This document shows, piece by piece, positions 61,062 through 64,000 of a DNA stretch of 64,000 nucleotides. This stretch comes from Blepharisma stoltei ATCC 30299 (lineage: Eukaryota; Protista; Ciliophora), in the NCBI GenBank assembly GCA_965603825.1, contig CBFDEM010000020.1, positions 124,001-188,000 of the forward strand. Direction: 5' to 3'. Both the position numbers and the translations under genes were made by a program. Under the pieces are notes generated by a model. The model was not told the DNA's origin and did no database searches. It saw nothing but the letters and a program-made list of their open reading frames with translations. Each line of letters starts with the position of its first letter. The stretch's first letter is position 1.

Positions 61062-62660
61062 ATGGAAGTCTCATCCGGAATCGAAGACATACAAAGAGCA
61101 TGCCGTTTAGGCGACCGAAGCCTTTTAAAAGAAGCTCTTGATGGCTATCCTGAAGGGATAAATCAAGTCGACCCCACCTTAGGCTGGGCACCTTTATACC
61201 GAACTGTTATATGCGGCCATGTAGAAACTACACAGCTACTACTAGATATGGGCGCAGACCCAGACGTCAAAACAAAAATGGGTGAAACTCCTCTCCATCA
61301 AGCTTCTTATAACAGCCAATACCAAATAGCCAAGCTTTTGCTTGACTATAAAGCAAATCCTAATGTCCAGCAGAATGATGGGGATACTCCATTACATCAT
61401 GCTGCTTTTAAAGGTGACATTAATATGGCCAGCCTGCTATTAAAATTCAACGCAGACCCCAATAGCCCAAATTTTGTATTTGGGAGAACGCCTTTGCATT
61501 ATGCTGTGGATTATAATCACATTAAGGTAGCAAAACTTATGATGAGGTATTCAGGATCTGTTGAGGTAAAAGATATGAGTGGAAAAAACGCCCTTGATTT
61601 ATCAAAAAGCACAGAAATGACTGGAATTTTGACAAAAACAAGAAACTCAGGGTCAGCATCAGAAAAGTCAGCTCAAAATTCTCCATTAAATTTGCCCTGC
61701 CCAGACCCAGTCGATAACATTCCTTCAATTCCTTTAGAATCCTTTGAATATCTAAACTTAAGCCCGTATTCTTCCAAAAACAACTCCTTAATGGGCACTC
61801 CTACACACGAAATGAGCAAGCTTAAACAAATTGAAGAAGTAAACAACCGTCTCCGAGAAAACGTTAAGTCTTCTGTAGACGAAATAAGGAAAATCACTCA
61901 CCATCATAGTAGAAGTGCAAGCTCAGTCTTTGAGCCTGATGCTGAAAAGACTGAGAGCGATATAAGATTATCAAGTATTCCTGACAAAGACAAGGTCAGG
62001 ACAGTCTCTTTTGGAAATGTTGAGAAAAAGACAGAACTTTATAATTGACTTGTCAGTATGAAACTAGAAGAGTTGTATGAAATTTTGATGGTGGCTGGAT
62101 ATGATGATATTGAACAAATGACGTCGCAGCTGAATTCCACACTTCCTATTTCTGAAGAAACCTTGGTAGGCATTGGGATTATGAAGTCAGGGCTGAGAAG
62201 AAGGTTACTAGCTGCGTTAGATGAAGAAGCAAGGGGGCTCAAAACTTCTAGGAAACTCCAGAAACAAGAGTCAAGAAACCCTTTAAAATGCTGTGCAGCT
62301 CCAGTGGCTGCAAATAACGGGTTTTTAAATGTCCCAAATCTACAATCTTGACTAGAAAACCTAAACTTAGGCCAATTATATACAAATTTCATTGACTCTG
62401 GCTATGATGAAATGGAGCAGCTTTTTGCCCTCATGAATTCCAAATGGCCCATCACCGACGAAATCCTCTCATCAGAAGTAAAAATAACCAAGCCCGGCTA
62501 TAGGCACCGCATCCTTTCCAAGCTACAAGAAGAATCCGTCGGCTTCGACACGATGCGAAAAAACTTAGGTGGATTCAGCAGCAGAAGTCGCAAAGGAGAG
62601 GAATTTATCATTGATAAAACAAAATCCAACGCAGCCTGCGAATTGTGCCTGATAATATAA
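61062..62660 (+). CDS. Ankyrin-repeat protein with two SAM domains
   Basis: GETPLH/GDTPLH/GRTPLH; LYN-W-LVSMKL and LQS-W-LENLNL start the SAM domains; GLRRRLL, PGYRHRIL. Confidence 0.9.
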
Positions 62661-62687
62661 AGATTAAATTAAGTTGAGGAATATAAA

Positions 62688-63578
62688 ATGGCAGGGATAC
62701 ATAGTTTAAGAGACCTTCCTCCAGAAAGACGACAAAGGCTAGTTAACGACCCAGCAAGGACTGGGCAATATCCTTTGCTTGGATATGGCTTTCAAATGGG
62801 CACAGCTGAGCAAGCTCGTAAAGAAACATTTTGTCAAATGCTGAAATATATTTTTTGCCCTTTCTTTACAACACGTTCTTTTATTTTTGTAATCACAGTT
62901 ATTGATATTGTCATATATTTTGTCACAGTTTTCTATGATTATGACTCAAGCAACTTTCTGGAACCCACAAATCACTCATTAGACGAATTCGGGGCGAAAG
63001 ATCCTGAAAAAATGCAGCAGGACTACGAAATGTGAAGATGGTTGACCCCGATGGTTTTGCATGCAAATTTGACCCATATAACGTTTAATATGATAATGCA
63101 GGTTATCCTTGGGTTTAGACTAGAGCCTACTGTAGGGACTAAAAGGACGATTATTGTGTATGTGGTCTCAGGGATGGGAGGAATCCTGTTTAGCTGCTTG
63201 GTTAGTCCTACAACGATGGCAGTAGGAGCATCTACCTCGATCTTTGGGATTACGTCAGCTATGTTAGCATGGATTATTATGAATTGGACTAGCCTAGAAG
63301 GGGATGTTTATAGAACAATTACCTTGATTTGGCTAATTATGATACTGATTTTTAACTTGATCATGGGGTTTGTAAGGATTATATAGGCTTCGCCACTAGT
63401 TGATAACTGGGGACACTTTGGAGGACTGATTGTAGGATTTGGGATGGGATATGCGGTATTTGAGTATATTGCTCCACCAAATCGTAAAGAAAAAAATATG
63501 AAAATTGGTATGGCAGGTGCTGTAGGGTTTTATTTCGTGCTTGGATTTATCTTGTTTTATACAGTTGTGAAGACTTAA
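62688..63578 (+). CDS. Rhomboid intramembrane serine protease
   Basis: EM-W(TGA)-RWLTP..LHAN..HI.FN, VGAST (catalytic Ser), DNWGHFGG (catalytic His) after intron 63372-63386. Confidence 0.93.
63372..63386 (+). other. 15-nt intron
   Basis: gtaaggattatatag; required to reach the catalytic His. Confidence 0.92.
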
Positions 63579-63871
63579 TTATATAAGCACACTGATAAAT
63601 ATTTTATTAGTTTAGTAGTTTTTAAACCTATTTTAAATTTTATAATAGCCCTTATTTAAAACATTTGTTATGCAGCTTCCTGATTTTTTTATTAAGTAAT
63701 ACTGAATCCATATAAGTTATTTTAAAGCCTATTGGAAAAAATTCCTTCCGTCTCTGAAATAAGCTCATTTTTAAATCTATAGTCGATATTTTTATTTGCA
63801 AACAGATTTAAGTGATTTTATTGATAACTATACTATTTAATTGCACAAATTTCATAATCTGAAAGATATAA

Positions 63872-64000
63872 ATGGAAAACAACCTATCAGATCTGATTTT
63901 TAATGAATCAGAATTCTTAGACTTCAATTGGGATAATAAAAGCCTAACTAAGCCTTATGAAGAATCTAATCTTCCAAAATGCGTTTTATGTGGCAAGTTT
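63872..64000 (+). CDS. 5' end of a probable zinc-finger gene (truncated by window)
   Basis: MENNLSDLIF...PKCVLCGKF, open to the window end. Confidence 0.5.
   Translation, partial: MENNLSDLIFNESEFLDFNWDNKSLTKPYEESNLPKCVLCGKF

Noticed and set aside
1021-62392. Many short antisense or alternate-frame ORFs in the track (e.g. 20928-21356, 38340-38690, 26217-26735)
   Set aside because: They are shadows of K/E-rich genes, F/S/L-rich, often with non-ATG starts and no motifs.
1-64000. Widespread pseudogenes, suggested by fragmented ORFs
   Set aside because: Breaks are TGA at conserved Trp sites or 15/16-nt GT-AG introns; only one unexplained frame change was found (29370-29420).
1-64000. Selenocysteine or Cys reading of TGA
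   Set aside because: TGAs align to Trp motifs in many unrelated families, not to catalytic Cys.
1-64000. Mycoplasma or mitochondrial origin (also UGA=Trp)
   Set aside because: Genes are eukaryotic nuclear (cyclin, NF-YB, Sly1, CC2D2A) and have spliceosomal introns.

Overview
Gene-dense, AT-rich eukaryotic DNA, most consistent with the macronuclear genome of a heterotrich ciliate (Blepharisma-like). Two window-wide features explain why the supplied ORF track is fragmented. (1) TGA is read as Trp, and TAA/TAG are the only stops. In-frame TGAs fall on invariant Trp positions: SH3 G-W-W as TGA-TGA, kinase DFG-W and DM-W-SLG, TBC DTY-W-CL, PP2C DGL-W-DV, Sly1 V-W-KVL. (2) Genes carry tiny spliceosomal GT-AG introns; I traced 21 (18 of 15 nt, 3 of 16 nt), all with a pyrimidine-A at positions 9-10. 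Re-read this way, the window holds about 50 protein genes with intergenic gaps as short as 11-45 nt. They include CC2D2A, a TBC1D22-like GAP, SAM synthetase, UBL-eS31, Ies6, LTV1, Sly1, mitoferrin, NF-YB, an ABCC transporter, PP2C and a rhomboid. The code and the tiny introns are already known for Blepharisma. Less ordinary observations: a MYND-kinase-PcrA-type Tudor fusion, a bacterial-type D-Ala-D-Ala carboxypeptidase, a possible 14-nt intron or frameshift, two tandem telomere-type CCCTAACA units inside CC2D2A, a non-ubiquitin leader on eS31, a plant MS5/SDI1-type TPR fused to an RRM, a SET protein with a signal-like N-terminus, and an LPDI-repeat zinc-finger protein. No tRNA, rRNA, CRISPR array or transposon was recognised. 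All family calls come from motif recognition by eye, not database searches.
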